NCBI GenBank assembly: GCA_963789925.1
Contig: CAWBMQ010000003.1
Span: forward strand, 39,320-103,319
Source of the DNA: an uncultured Gemmatimonadales bacterium
GTDB taxonomy: Bacteria; Gemmatimonadota; Gemmatimonadetes; Gemmatimonadales; GWC2-71-9
DNA: 64,000 bases
Direction: 5' to 3'
The notes under the pieces were generated by a model. It was not told the DNA's origin. It saw nothing but the letters and a program-made list of their open reading frames with translations, and searched no databases. The first letter of the stretch is position 1. Every line of letters begins with the position of its first letter. Positions 10,701-19,944 of the stretch are shown piece after piece. A program made the position numbers and the translations under genes.

Positions 10701-11921
10701 GTGCAGACGCCAGCACCGCTTTCTCCCTATGCCGTCGAGTTCGTGCTCCGCATGGGACGCGCGCTCCATCGCGCCGGGTTTTCTGCCAGCCGCCTCGAGC
10801 GGGCCATGGCCCGGCTTGCAGAGAAGCTGGGACTGCCATTGCCCCAGATCTTCTCGACGCCCACGGCCATCTACGCGGCATTCGGCTCCCTCAGGGACCA
10901 GAAGACCCATCTTCTTCGCGTCGAGCCCGGTTCCATCAGCCTCAGCCACCTCACCAGGCTGGACCAGGTCGTTACCGACGTCGTTGCCGGGACCGTGTCA
11001 CCCGAGGCAGGCCTGGCGCGTATCGACGAGATCGAGGCGGCGCCACCGGCGTATGGGAACGTGCTCATGGTCACGGCGTTCGCGCTCACGTCCGGCGCGG
11101 TCGCTCGCTTCCTCGGTGGCGGGATCAACGAGATCAGTGTCGGGGTCGTGATCGGCATCGTCACCGGCCTGCTCGCTGTCCTGGCCTCGAAGTGGCCGCC
11201 GCTGCTCGAGATCTACGAACCCGTCGCCGCATCCGCCGCGGCCTTCATTGCCGGCGTGCTGAGCGTCGCCTGGATGCCGTTCAACACCTCGACGGCGACC
11301 CTATCCGGGCTCATTGTGCTCATTCCCGGGTTCATGCTCACCATCGCCATCCGGGAACTCTCCACCCGTCACCTCGCTTCGGGCACCGCCCGGCTCGCCG
11401 GCGCCGGGATCATCTTCCTCGGCATCATCTTCGGTGTGGCACTGGGCAATCGCCTCGCGCTCGCGGCCGTCGGTCCAGTGCAACTTGCCCCGATCCAGCC
11501 GCTTCCGGAGTGGACCTTCTTCCTGAGCGCGCTGCTCGCCGGCCTCGCGTTCACCGTAATCCTCAAGGCCGAGCTCAAGGATGCGCCCTGGGTCGTGCTC
11601 TCGGGCCTGGTTGCCGTCGTTGCCGGCCGGGTGGGAGCGCAGGTCCTCGGACTGGAGCTTGGCGGTTTCGTCGGGGCCGCCGTGGTCGGCGTCGCCAGCA
11701 ACCTCTTCAGTCGCCTCCGCGACCGTCCGTCGATGGTGATGCTCGTCCCCGGGACGCTCATGCTCGTACCCGGCACCATCGGCTTCAGCAGCCTGTCGTC
11801 GCTGCTCGATGCCCAGGTCGTCCCGGCGGTGCAGACGGCATTCCGCATGGTGCTCACCGCGATCGCGCTGGTGGCCGGACTCCTGTTCGCCGACATCGTC
11901 TCACCGGAGCGCGACGTCTAG
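10701..11921 (+). CDS. Threonine/serine exporter ThrE-family membrane protein (DUF1212 and DUF3815 halves fused)
   Basis: GTG start. The N-terminal half has the YjjP-like opening (FVLRMGRALHRAGFSASRLERAM). About 10 TM segments follow. Confidence 0.8.
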   Translation: MQTPAPLSPYAVEFVLRMGRALHRAGFSASRLERAMARLAEKLGLPLPQIFSTPTAIYAAFGSLRDQKTHLLRVEPGSISLSHLTRLDQVVTDVVAGTVSPEAGLARIDEIEAAPPAYGNVLMVTAFALTSGAVARFLGGGINEISVGVVIGIVTGLLAVLASKWPPLLEIYEPVAASAAAFIAGVLSVAWMPFNTSTATLSGLIVLIPGFMLTIAIRELSTRHLASGTARLAGAGIIFLGIIFGVALGNRLALAAVGPVQLAPIQPLPEWTFFLSALLAGLAFTVILKAELKDAPWVVLSGLVAVVAGRVGAQVLGLELGGFVGAAVVGVASNLFSRLRDRPSMVMLVPGTLMLVPGTIGFSSLSSLLDAQVVPAVQTAFRMVLTAIALVAGLLFADIVSPERDV

Positions 11922-12055
11922 CCCAACCGCGCCTGGTTCCTCCCGGATTTTTCCCTCCGCTGTTGGCTCGTTGCTGCGGGTGCCTTCACGACCGGCCTGT
12001 GCACGATTCCCAGCCTTCCTCATCCCCCTCCGTCCATCACAACGGAGTGCCTGCA

Positions 12056-13967
12056 ATGTCCTTCACCCTTCTCCGGCGCCTCCTGCGCCAGTCCCGGTCC
12101 GTGGCGCTGGCCTGTGCGCTCGTTCCCGCGGTTCCCCTCGCGTACAATCCGGCGGCCACCGGGCGCATCGAGGGCACCGTCCGCGACATCAATGGCGCCG
12201 TCATCGCGGGCGTCGCAATCACCGTCGACGGCACCCGTCTCGGTACCTCCAGCGATCGCCTCGGCCGGTATGCCCTGCGCACAGGTTCCCGTGGGCACCG
12301 TCACCCTTCGCGCCACCCAGCCAGGGTGGAAGCCCGCCGTGCTGACTGGCATCGTGGTGCGCGCCGGACAGGTGACCGCGGTCGACGTGCGCCTGGTGGC
12401 GGCGCGGCCCGACGAGAAGGAGATGTCCTCGCGCGATGAGGTGGCCAAGATGGCCGCACCATCCAGCCTCCGCAGCAATGGCTACGTGTTGCCCCCGTCA
12501 GCGGCGCCGCAGTACCAGCGCGCACAGCCGTTCAACACCGAGGACTACCACAACTTCAAGGACAACGGCTTCCAGCGTCCGGCGACGAGCCCCCTGTCCA
12601 CCTTCGCGATCGACGTGGATGCTGCGTCCTACTCCAACGTGCGCCGCTTCCTCACCCAGGGTCAGCGACCGCCAGCCGATGCCGTGCGCGTAGAAGAGCT
12701 CATCAACTATTTCCCCTACGACTATCCCGATCCTACCGGCGGCGACCCGTTCTCCGTGACCACGGCGCAGATGCCGGCCCCCTGGGCCAACGATCATCGT
12801 CTGGTGCTGATCGGCCTGCAGGGCCGCCGCATCGACGCCCGTGAGTTGCCCCCGAGCAACCTCGTCTTTCTGCTGGACGTCTCGGGTTCCATGGCATCGC
12901 CCGACAAGCTTCCCCTGGTGCAGCGCGCCTTCCGCCTCCTGGTCGAGCAGCTCCGACCCCAGGACCGCGTGGCCATCGTCGTGTACGCGGGCGCCGCGGG
13001 ACTTGTCCTGCCGTCCACCCCTGGATCCGACAAGCGCACCATTCTCGCCGCGCTCGACGAACTGCAGGCCGGCGGCTCGACTGCCGGAGGCGAGGGCATC
13101 AAGCTCGCCTACCAGGTGGCGCAGCAGAACCACATCGCCAACGGCAACAATCGCGTGATCCTGGCCACGGACGGTGACTTCAACGTCGGCGTGTCCAGCG
13201 AGGGCGAACTGGTGCGGCTCATCGAGTCGAAGAAGCAGCAGGGCACGTACCTCACCGTGCTCGGCTTCGGTACCGGCAACCTCAAGGACAGCCGGATGGA
13301 AGCCCTCGCCGACAAGGGTAACGGCCACTACGCCTATGTCGACGACATCATGGAAGCACGGAAGGTCTTCGTGCAGGAGATGGGTGCCACGCTGGTGACC
13401 ATCGCGAAGGACGCGAAGGTCCAGGTCGAGTTCAACCCGGCGCAGGTCGCGGAGTACCGGCTCATCGGCTACGAGAATCGGCTCATGGCCGCCGAGGACT
13501 TCAACGATGATGCAAAGGATGGCGGGGAGCTTGGTGCCGGTCATGCCGTTACGGCGATCTACGAGATCGTCCTCGTCGGCAGGGGTGGCACTGGCACCAG
13601 CGTTGATCCGCTCAAGTACCAGGCTCCCCGCACCACGGGCGAGTCGTCAGACGAACTCTTCACTGTCAAGCTGCGCTACCAGCAGCCGACCGGAACCGGC
13701 GCCAGCAGGCTGGTCTCCCGCACGGTCCGTCGCGACGATGGCGCACGCGGCAACGAGAACCTGCGCTTCGCCGCCGCGGTGGCCGAGTACGGCATGCTGC
13801 TCCGCGACTCGGAGTACAAGGCACAATCGAACTGGGAGAACGTCCTTGTGCTTGCGCGGCAGAACCTTGGCAGCGATCCCGGCGGCTACCGCGCCGAGTT
13901 CCTGCGCCTCGCCGAGGTGGCGCGGGGAATGAGTGGTGGAGGGGACGATGAGGTGGGCGTCAAATAG
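12056..13967 (+). pseudogene. Secreted von Willebrand factor A (YfbK-like) protein with an N-terminal carboxypeptidase-regulatory-like domain; one frameshift near 12275
   Basis: The ATG at 12056 gives MSFTLLRRLLRQSRSVALACALVPAVPLA..GRIEGTVRDINGAVIAGVAITVDG..GRYALR in the frame of ORF 11192-12439. The text continues QVPVGTVTLRATQPGWKPAV... in the frame of ORF 12114-13967. The vWA MIDAS motif is LLDVSGSM, and the YfbK-type tail is present. Confidence 0.8.
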
Positions 13968-13992
13968 GGCGCCCGCCCTTATTATTCCCCGG

Positions 13993-14876
13993 GTGACCTC
14001 GACCACCCTCAGGACGCTCCTCCACTCACTGGTCGACTACGCCGGGCTTTTTCCCCGGCTGCGCTCGACATGCACCGGGCAGTCCACGAGTACGCGCTCC
14101 ACCGCGCGGGTGAGCACGCGTGGATGCTCGGTCATTTCATCCTGCCGGTCAGCCGTCTGGAGGAGTTTGCGATCTCGCACGCGGCACTTGGCCCTTCACC
14201 CGTCGGCGACGTCTGGCGGCTGAGTGTCCTGCCTGGTCCTGATCTCGGCGTCGCGCTCGCGGCCATTGCCGCCTTCAACAAGAGCACGACTGCCGTGGTC
14301 GACACCGTCGAGCTCAAGCTCGACGCGTTGCCCGACCTCGCCTCTGCTCTGGCGGGGGTCCCTCCGACGCTCACCACCTGGGTCGAGCTTCCCATCGACG
14401 ATGACCTCGCGGCGCGCCTCGCCGTGCTCTCCGCGGCCGGTGCCCGCGCCAAGGTTCGCACCGGGGGCGTCACGGAAGCCGCCTTCCCCGCCAGCCATGC
14501 CCTCGCGCGCTTCATCCAGGCATGCGCCGATGCCGGCGTGCCCTTCAAGGCCACGGCAGGACTTCACCACCCGCTCCGCGGCGAGTACCGGCTCACGTAC
14601 GAGACCGGCAGCCCGCACGGGATGATGTTCGGCTTCCTCAACGTCTTCCTGGCCGCCGCCTTTGCCCGGACCGGACTCACCCTGAAGGAACTGGCGCTCC
14701 TGCTCGAGGAAAAGGACGCGGACGCGTTTCAGTTCACCGAAACCACCGCCAGTTGGCGCGGTAAGACGGTATCACGCACCGAAATTTCGGCCGTTCGGCA
14801 CCACGTGGCCCTCAGCTTCGGTTCCTGTTCCTTCCAGGAGCCCGTGGATGACCTTCGTTCCCTCGGACTCCTGTGA
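13993..14876 (+). pseudogene. Conserved hypothetical protein, first gene of the fahA-selO operon; one frameshift at the C4 run 14053-14056
   Basis: The frame of ORF 13933-14223 reads ...LRTLLHSLVDYAGLFP. The frame of ORF 14070-14876 reads (PAALD)MHRAVHEYA.... One extra C in TTTTTCCCC joins them seamlessly. GTG at 13993 is a possible start. The stop overlaps the fahA start (GTGA). Confidence 0.55.
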
Positions 14877-16177
14877 CGCGCTTCCCGGTAGACGAAACCC
14901 ACGACGCGGCCCTCAGCAGCTGGGTCCCCTCGGCCAATGCGCGCGGCACCGACTTCCCCGTGCAGAACCTGCCGCTCGGCATCTTCCGCCGGCGCGGCAC
15001 GCACGACCGGCCGCGCATCGGCGTGGCCATCGGCGATGCCATCTTCGATCTCTATCACGCGGCCCAGGAGAACCTCGTCACCGGGGCCGATACGCTGCGC
15101 GAAGCCTGTGAGGCGACGACACTCAATGCCCTGATGTCGCTGCCGCATGCCCACCGGCTCCAGTTCCGGCACACCTTGAGCAGCCTGCTTCGCTACGGTG
15201 CGGATGCGTCCCGCACCCAGCTCGTGTCGCAGGAGGACGCCGAGATGCTGCTCCCTGCAGCCATCGGGGACTACACCGACTTCTACGCGTCCATCCATCA
15301 TGCAACCAACGTCGGGAAGATGTTCCGCCCCGACAACCCGCTCCTGCCCAACTACAAGTACGTGCCGATCGGCTACCACGGCCGCACGTCTTCCATCGTC
15401 GTGAGTGGCACCCCGGTGTCACGCCCCAGCGGGCAGACCCGCGACGACGCAGACCATCCGCCGGTGTTCGGCCCGACGCGCCGCCTCGACTATGAGCTCG
15501 AGGTGGGCTTCTTCGTGGGACGCAGCAACGCGCAGGGCGAGGCAGTGCCCATCGAGCACGCCGGCGCGCGCCTTTTCGGGCTGTGCCTCCTCAATGACTG
15601 GTCGGCCCGCGACATCCAGACCTGGGAATACCAGCCGCTCGGACCCTTCCTCGCCAAGAACTTCGCGAGCACCATCTCGCCATGGGTCGTGACGATGGAG
15701 GCACTTGCCCCGTTCCGCATGCCGGCCTTTGCGCGACCTGCGGGCGACCCCGAGCCGCTGCCGTACCTTGTCGATGAGGCCGACCAGGCCGGCGGCGGCA
15801 TCGACGTGAAGCTCGAGGTGCTCCTCTCCAGTGCCCGCATGCGCACCGAAGGAATGGCCCCGGTGGGCATCAGCCACTCCACGCTCGCCGATCTCTATTG
15901 GACGCCGGCCCAGCTCCTCGCGCATCACACGTCAAACGGCTGCAACATGCAGCCCGGCGACTTGCTCGGCAGTGGCACGGTTTCGGGTGAGGCGAAGGAC
16001 GCCCGGGGCTGCCTGCTCGAGCTCACCTGGCGCGGTGCCGATCCCATCCAGCTGCCGTCGGGCGAGAGTCGCCGGTTCCTCGAGGATGGTGACGAGGTGA
16101 TCATGCGCGGTGCCTGTGCGCGGGAGGGGTTTGTGCACATCGGCTTCGGGGAGTGCCGGGGTATCATTCGTGGATGA
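14873..16177 (+). CDS. fahA: Fumarylacetoacetase (fumarylacetoacetate hydrolase)
   Basis: N-terminal FAH domain text SWVPSANARGTDFPVQNLPLGIF. The C-terminal FAA-hydrolase fold shows DYELEVGFFVG, NDWSARDIQ.WEY.PLGPF and GDLLGSGTVSG. Confidence 0.9.
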   Translation: MTRFPVDETHDAALSSWVPSANARGTDFPVQNLPLGIFRRRGTHDRPRIGVAIGDAIFDLYHAAQENLVTGADTLREACEATTLNALMSLPHAHRLQFRHTLSSLLRYGADASRTQLVSQEDAEMLLPAAIGDYTDFYASIHHATNVGKMFRPDNPLLPNYKYVPIGYHGRTSSIVVSGTPVSRPSGQTRDDADHPPVFGPTRRLDYELEVGFFVGRSNAQGEAVPIEHAGARLFGLCLLNDWSARDIQTWEYQPLGPFLAKNFASTISPWVVTMEALAPFRMPAFARPAGDPEPLPYLVDEADQAGGGIDVKLEVLLSSARMRTEGMAPVGISHSTLADLYWTPAQLLAHHTSNGCNMQPGDLLGSGTVSGEAKDARGCLLELTWRGADPIQLPSGESRRFLEDGDEVIMRGACAREGFVHIGFGECRGIIRG

Positions 16178-17658
16178 GCGCAGCCGCCACGACCCTCCGT
16201 CCCATCGCGGGGCTCGACTTCGATAACAGCTATGCGCGGCTCGGCGAGCCCTTCGGAATTCGGGTCTCGCCGACGCCGCTGCCTGATCCCGTCCTGGTGC
16301 ACTTCAACACCGACGCAGCCGCGCTCATCGACCTCGACCCGGCCGAGGCGGCGCGTCCCGAGTTCCTGCGCCATGCCTCCGGTGCCGAGCCCATTCCCGG
16401 CAGTGATCCCGTCGCAATGCTCTACGCCGGGCACCAGTTCGGGGCTTTCGTGCCGCAGCTGGGGGACGGGCGTGCCATCCTGCTGGGCGAGGTGGTGAAC
16501 GCACGCGGCGAGCGCTGGGATCTCCACCTCAAGGGGAGTGGCCCGACACCTTTTTCCCGTGGGTTCGATGGCCGATCGGTACTCCGGTCCGCCATCCGGG
16601 AGTACCTGTGCGGCGAGGCACTTCACGCGCTCGGCATCCCCACCACGCGGGCGCTTTGCGTCGTGGGCAGCACGGAGCCGGTGCGCCGCGAGACCGTGGA
16701 GACGGCCGCGAGCATCATACGCATGGCACCGACCCACGTGCGCATCGGCAGCTTCGAGGTCTTTGCCTCGCGGGGACAGAAGGATGTCCTGCGCACGCTC
16801 GCCGATTACACGATCGAGCTCCACTTCCCGGAACTCATTGGACTCGAGGATCGCTACGCCCTCATGCTGGAGACGGTATCGCGGCGCACCGCGTCGCTGA
16901 TGGCGCGCTGGCAGGCCGTGGGGTTCACCCATGGGGTGATGAACACCGACAACTTCTCCATCACCGGCCTCACGATCGACTACGGTCCCTACGCGTTCAT
17001 GGAGGCGTTCGAGGGCAACTTCATTCCCAATCATTCCGACCCCGAGGGTCGCTACGCCTATAGCCAGCAGCCTGCCATCGGGCAGTGGAATGTGAGCGCG
17101 CTGGCGCAGGCGCTCCTGCCGCTCATGCCTCGCGAGCAAGCGGTGGCGGCGTTCGATACCTACGTACCGGCATGGGAAGAAGCCTACGGGGAGACCATGC
17201 GCAACAAGCTGGGCCTGGAGACGGCCCGGCCGGGCGACGACCAGCTCCTCGATGACCTGTTCATCCTGATGCATGCCGCGCGGGCCGATTGGACGATCAC
17301 CTGGCGTACGCTGGGTGGCATCACCGTCGACGACGGCGACAGCCGCGCCTTCACCTCCCAGTTCGCCGACCGCGCCGGGTGTGACGCCTGGCTCGCGCGC
17401 TACCGCCTGCGCCTGCGCGCCGAGGGGAGCGACGACAGTCGTCGCCGAGTCCGCATGGATGCCGTGAATCCCCGGTATGTGCTCCGCACCTGGATGGCAC
17501 ACGAGGCCATCACCGCGGCGCAGCGGAGCGACTTCAGCATCATCGACCGGTTGCTGCAGCTCCTGCGGCGTCCCTTCGACGAGCAGCCCGGCAACGACTC
17601 CTGGGCCACGACTCCTCCGACATGGGCGGGGTCTATCGAGCTCAGTTGCTCGTCATGA
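16174..17658 (+). CDS. selO: Protein adenylyltransferase SelO (YdiU family pseudokinase-fold AMPylase)
   Basis: Family text YAGHQFG.F.PQLGDGRAILLGEV, LHLKGSGPTPFSR..DGR.VLRS.IREYL..EA...LGIPTTRAL and HGVMNTDN.SI.GLTIDYGPY.FM. The ATG at 16174 overlaps the fahA TGA (ATGA). Confidence 0.9.
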   Translation: MSAAATTLRPIAGLDFDNSYARLGEPFGIRVSPTPLPDPVLVHFNTDAAALIDLDPAEAARPEFLRHASGAEPIPGSDPVAMLYAGHQFGAFVPQLGDGRAILLGEVVNARGERWDLHLKGSGPTPFSRGFDGRSVLRSAIREYLCGEALHALGIPTTRALCVVGSTEPVRRETVETAASIIRMAPTHVRIGSFEVFASRGQKDVLRTLADYTIELHFPELIGLEDRYALMLETVSRRTASLMARWQAVGFTHGVMNTDNFSITGLTIDYGPYAFMEAFEGNFIPNHSDPEGRYAYSQQPAIGQWNVSALAQALLPLMPREQAVAAFDTYVPAWEEAYGETMRNKLGLETARPGDDQLLDDLFILMHAARADWTITWRTLGGITVDDGDSRAFTSQFADRAGCDAWLARYRLRLRAEGSDDSRRRVRMDAVNPRYVLRTWMAHEAITAAQRSDFSIIDRLLQLLRRPFDEQPGNDSWATTPPTWAGSIELSCSS

Positions 17659-18263
17659 CTCAGCGCCGGGCGCGCTGGAAGGCCCTGTGGCGGCGGCTCG
17701 GCGGTACGCCCCCGGACGACGTCCTTACTTCGCTCGAGCGACAGTACTCGGCGGCTGGCCGGTACTATCATACGCTCGTCCATCTCGACGCGGTGCTCGC
17801 GAGCTTCGATCAGCTGCGCCACCTGGCGCCGAATCCGGACGTTGTCGAGCTGGCCCTCTGGCTCCACGATGTCGTCTGGGAGCCGATGAGAGATGATTGT
17901 GAGGCCCGGAGCGTGGAATGGGCAATCGACCACCTGCCCGCCCTGCCAGCCTCAGCCACCTTACCCGCCTTGATACTCGAAACCCGTCATCTCGCCGCGC
18001 CGTCCGTTGATCCCGACGCGGCCGTGGTCCGTGATGCCGATCTCTCTATCCTGGCGGCCGACGAACCCACCTTCGATGCCTACGAGCGCGCCATTCGCGC
18101 CGAGTACGCCATGCTCCCGACCGCGCAGTTCAACGCCGGGCGCACCAGGATCCTGGCCGACTTCGCCGGTCGAAGGCCGCTCTACTTCACGGCGACGGGG
18201 CGGTCCTGGGAGCCCCGGGCCCGCGCCAACCTGGCTCGCTCCCTGGTCCGCCTGAAGGCCTGA
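17655..18263 (+). CDS. HD-superfamily metal-dependent phosphohydrolase (COG4339-like)
   Basis: H...HD...D pattern: RYYHTLVHLDAVL, ELALWLHDVVWEP, RDADLSILAAD. The ATG at 17655 overlaps the selO TGA (ATGA). Confidence 0.75.
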   Translation: MTQRRARWKALWRRLGGTPPDDVLTSLERQYSAAGRYYHTLVHLDAVLASFDQLRHLAPNPDVVELALWLHDVVWEPMRDDCEARSVEWAIDHLPALPASATLPALILETRHLAAPSVDPDAAVVRDADLSILAADEPTFDAYERAIRAEYAMLPTAQFNAGRTRILADFAGRRPLYFTATGRSWEPRARANLARSLVRLKA

Positions 18264-18376
18264 TATCCTGCTGGCTCATGGCCTTGCGTCGGCGAAGTGC
18301 CTACTTTTCTCTCACTCCATGAGAGGGCCGCTGCTGATACATTTTGCCGCCCGTCCGTCGTCCCGGTGAACTAGCC

Positions 18377-19156
18377 GTGTACTACGTCCGGCTGTCATCG
18401 GGAGATGAGAAGACGTACCGGACCATCGAAGAGATGGTCTGGGACGTCGAGCTTGGCGTGATCAATCGCGAGGCGATGATCTTTCATCCTGCGACCAAGG
18501 CCTGGGTTCAGGTCACCCGTCACCCGCAGCTCGGATCCCGATTCATCACCGAGGAGGGCTCGGCCGAGGACATCGGGCTGGACTTCGATCTCCTCAGCGA
18601 CGCCGAGATCAAGGGCATGGAGCCGAAGGTGCCCGAGCCGCTCGCGCCGGAGCCGCTCGCACCTCCAATGGCGGACCTCGTCATCAACATGGACATCGCC
18701 ATTGACGCCGCGGAGCAGATGGCGGCCACACCCGAGGTCAAGCCGGCGGAGGGCCTCACGATTGCCGGTGAGTTCCTGACCCTCAAGGAACCGATCCCGT
18801 CGCTCCTGACCGACGGGCCGGTTACACCACCGAAACCACCGGTCCCGCCGGCACAGCCCACCCCAGCCGCCCCGACCGCCGGGCGTACACCGATTCCTTC
18901 TCCTCCCTCGTATCTCCCGGAACCCCTCCCCATCGACGGGGAGCTCGCCCCGCTCGCCGAGGACGGACTCGATTCGTCGGAATACAAGCCGCTCGAGTGG
19001 AAGCCCGAGCCGCGCTTCCGCGGACTGGCCTTGATCGGTGGAGCGGTTGCGCTGGTGCTGCTGGTGGCGACGGGCGCGTGGTTCGGCTGGCAGCGGTGGT
19101 CCAGCCGCTCCGCTTCGACGCTGCACACCGCCGAAGCCAGACACGACGCCGGGTGA
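18377..19156 (+). CDS. Hypothetical membrane protein: GYF_2-like N-terminal domain, Pro-rich linker, one TM helix
   Basis: (V)YYVRLSSGDEKTYRTIEEMVWDVELGVINREAMIFHPATKAWVQV resembles GYF_2/DUF4339 openings. A PEPLAPEPLAPP-type linker follows, then TM helix LALIGGAVALVLLVATGAWFGW. The ORF opens at 18344 (TTG); GTG at 18377 is preferred. It probably continues into the next ORF after a frame change near 19135. Confidence 0.55.
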   Translation: MYYVRLSSGDEKTYRTIEEMVWDVELGVINREAMIFHPATKAWVQVTRHPQLGSRFITEEGSAEDIGLDFDLLSDAEIKGMEPKVPEPLAPEPLAPPMADLVINMDIAIDAAEQMAATPEVKPAEGLTIAGEFLTLKEPIPSLLTDGPVTPPKPPVPPAQPTPAAPTAGRTPIPSPPSYLPEPLPIDGELAPLAEDGLDSSEYKPLEWKPEPRFRGLALIGGAVALVLLVATGAWFGWQRWSSRSASTLHTAEARHDAG

Positions 19157-19925
19157 CACCGCCGTGGCGCGCCAGGCGATTGATTCCGTGTCCGACCGCG
19201 ACCTCGCCGCGGCCATCGCTACACTGGCCGCAGCCGAGACGGCCGGCACCGGCGTCCGTCCCCCGTCCCGTCCGGGTCGACTGATCGGTGGCGGCGCCCA
19301 GCCGAGGGCCGTCGAGGGGCTCCGTCCCATGACGCCGATCGAACTGCGGCGCAGCTACGCCGCGGCATACGCCAATGCTCGCTCGGCGGTCGACTCCGAC
19401 CTGGCGCTCGGGGGCGTGTCGCGCCTCTTCTCCAATGCACGACTCACCAGCCGGGACAGCCTCCGTGCCGGCCGGCGCCTCATCACCTCGGCCCGCAACA
19501 TCGTGCGCGTGTATCACTCTGACGAGGTCCAGATCGAGCGCGCCTACCGGGATACCGTCACCTTCCAGGTGAACCGGATGGGCTGGACCAAGAGCCAGCA
19601 GGCCGACTGGAAGGCACGCGCCACGCTCAAGGAGAGCTACGAGGGCTCCCAGCTCACCGACTCGGTGCTCACCTATACCGACGATCTCTACACTCTGCTG
19701 CTCGGGCACTGGGGTGAGTATGAGATCAGCGGCAGCAGCATCAGCTTCGATGACCCGGCGGTCGCCAATGAGTACCAGGTGCTCGCGGCCTGGCTGCAGT
19801 CGCATATTGCGCAACTCGAAAACGAAGCCGACAACAGTTCGTCGTCGCCGACGTCGCGCCGCATCGCGCGCGCCCTCGGCGGCACCCGACCTCCTACCCT
19901 CCGGCGCAGCCGCGTCCCAGACTGA
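19038..19925 (+). CDS. Hypothetical protein, likely the extracytoplasmic C-terminal part of the preceding gene
   Basis: The meaningful text starts about ...PDTTPGDTAVARQAIDSVSD, immediately after the upstream ORF stops. No convincing start or RBS of its own is visible. It ends 19 nt before rho. Confidence 0.5.
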   Translation: MERLRWCCWWRRARGSAGSGGPAAPLRRCTPPKPDTTPGDTAVARQAIDSVSDRDLAAAIATLAAAETAGTGVRPPSRPGRLIGGGAQPRAVEGLRPMTPIELRRSYAAAYANARSAVDSDLALGGVSRLFSNARLTSRDSLRAGRRLITSARNIVRVYHSDEVQIERAYRDTVTFQVNRMGWTKSQQADWKARATLKESYEGSQLTDSVLTYTDDLYTLLLGHWGEYEISGSSISFDDPAVANEYQVLAAWLQSHIAQLENEADNSSSSPTSRRIARALGGTRPPTLRRSRVPD

Positions 19926-19944
19926 AAACTGAGCCCCTGAGCAT

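Noticed and set aside
15925-17502. Very long ORFs on the strand opposite to well-supported genes: 15925-17502(-), 43400-45430(-), 41475-42689(-), 18822-20879(-), 35356-36942(+), 26293-27279(-), 2032-3153(+), 38-895(+), 60905-61843(+) and 61862-62674(+).
   Set aside because: Their translations are Arg/Gly/Ala/Pro-rich low-information text with no recognisable motifs. Each fully overlaps a gene with clear family signatures. They are typical stop-poor antisense frames of a high-GC genome.
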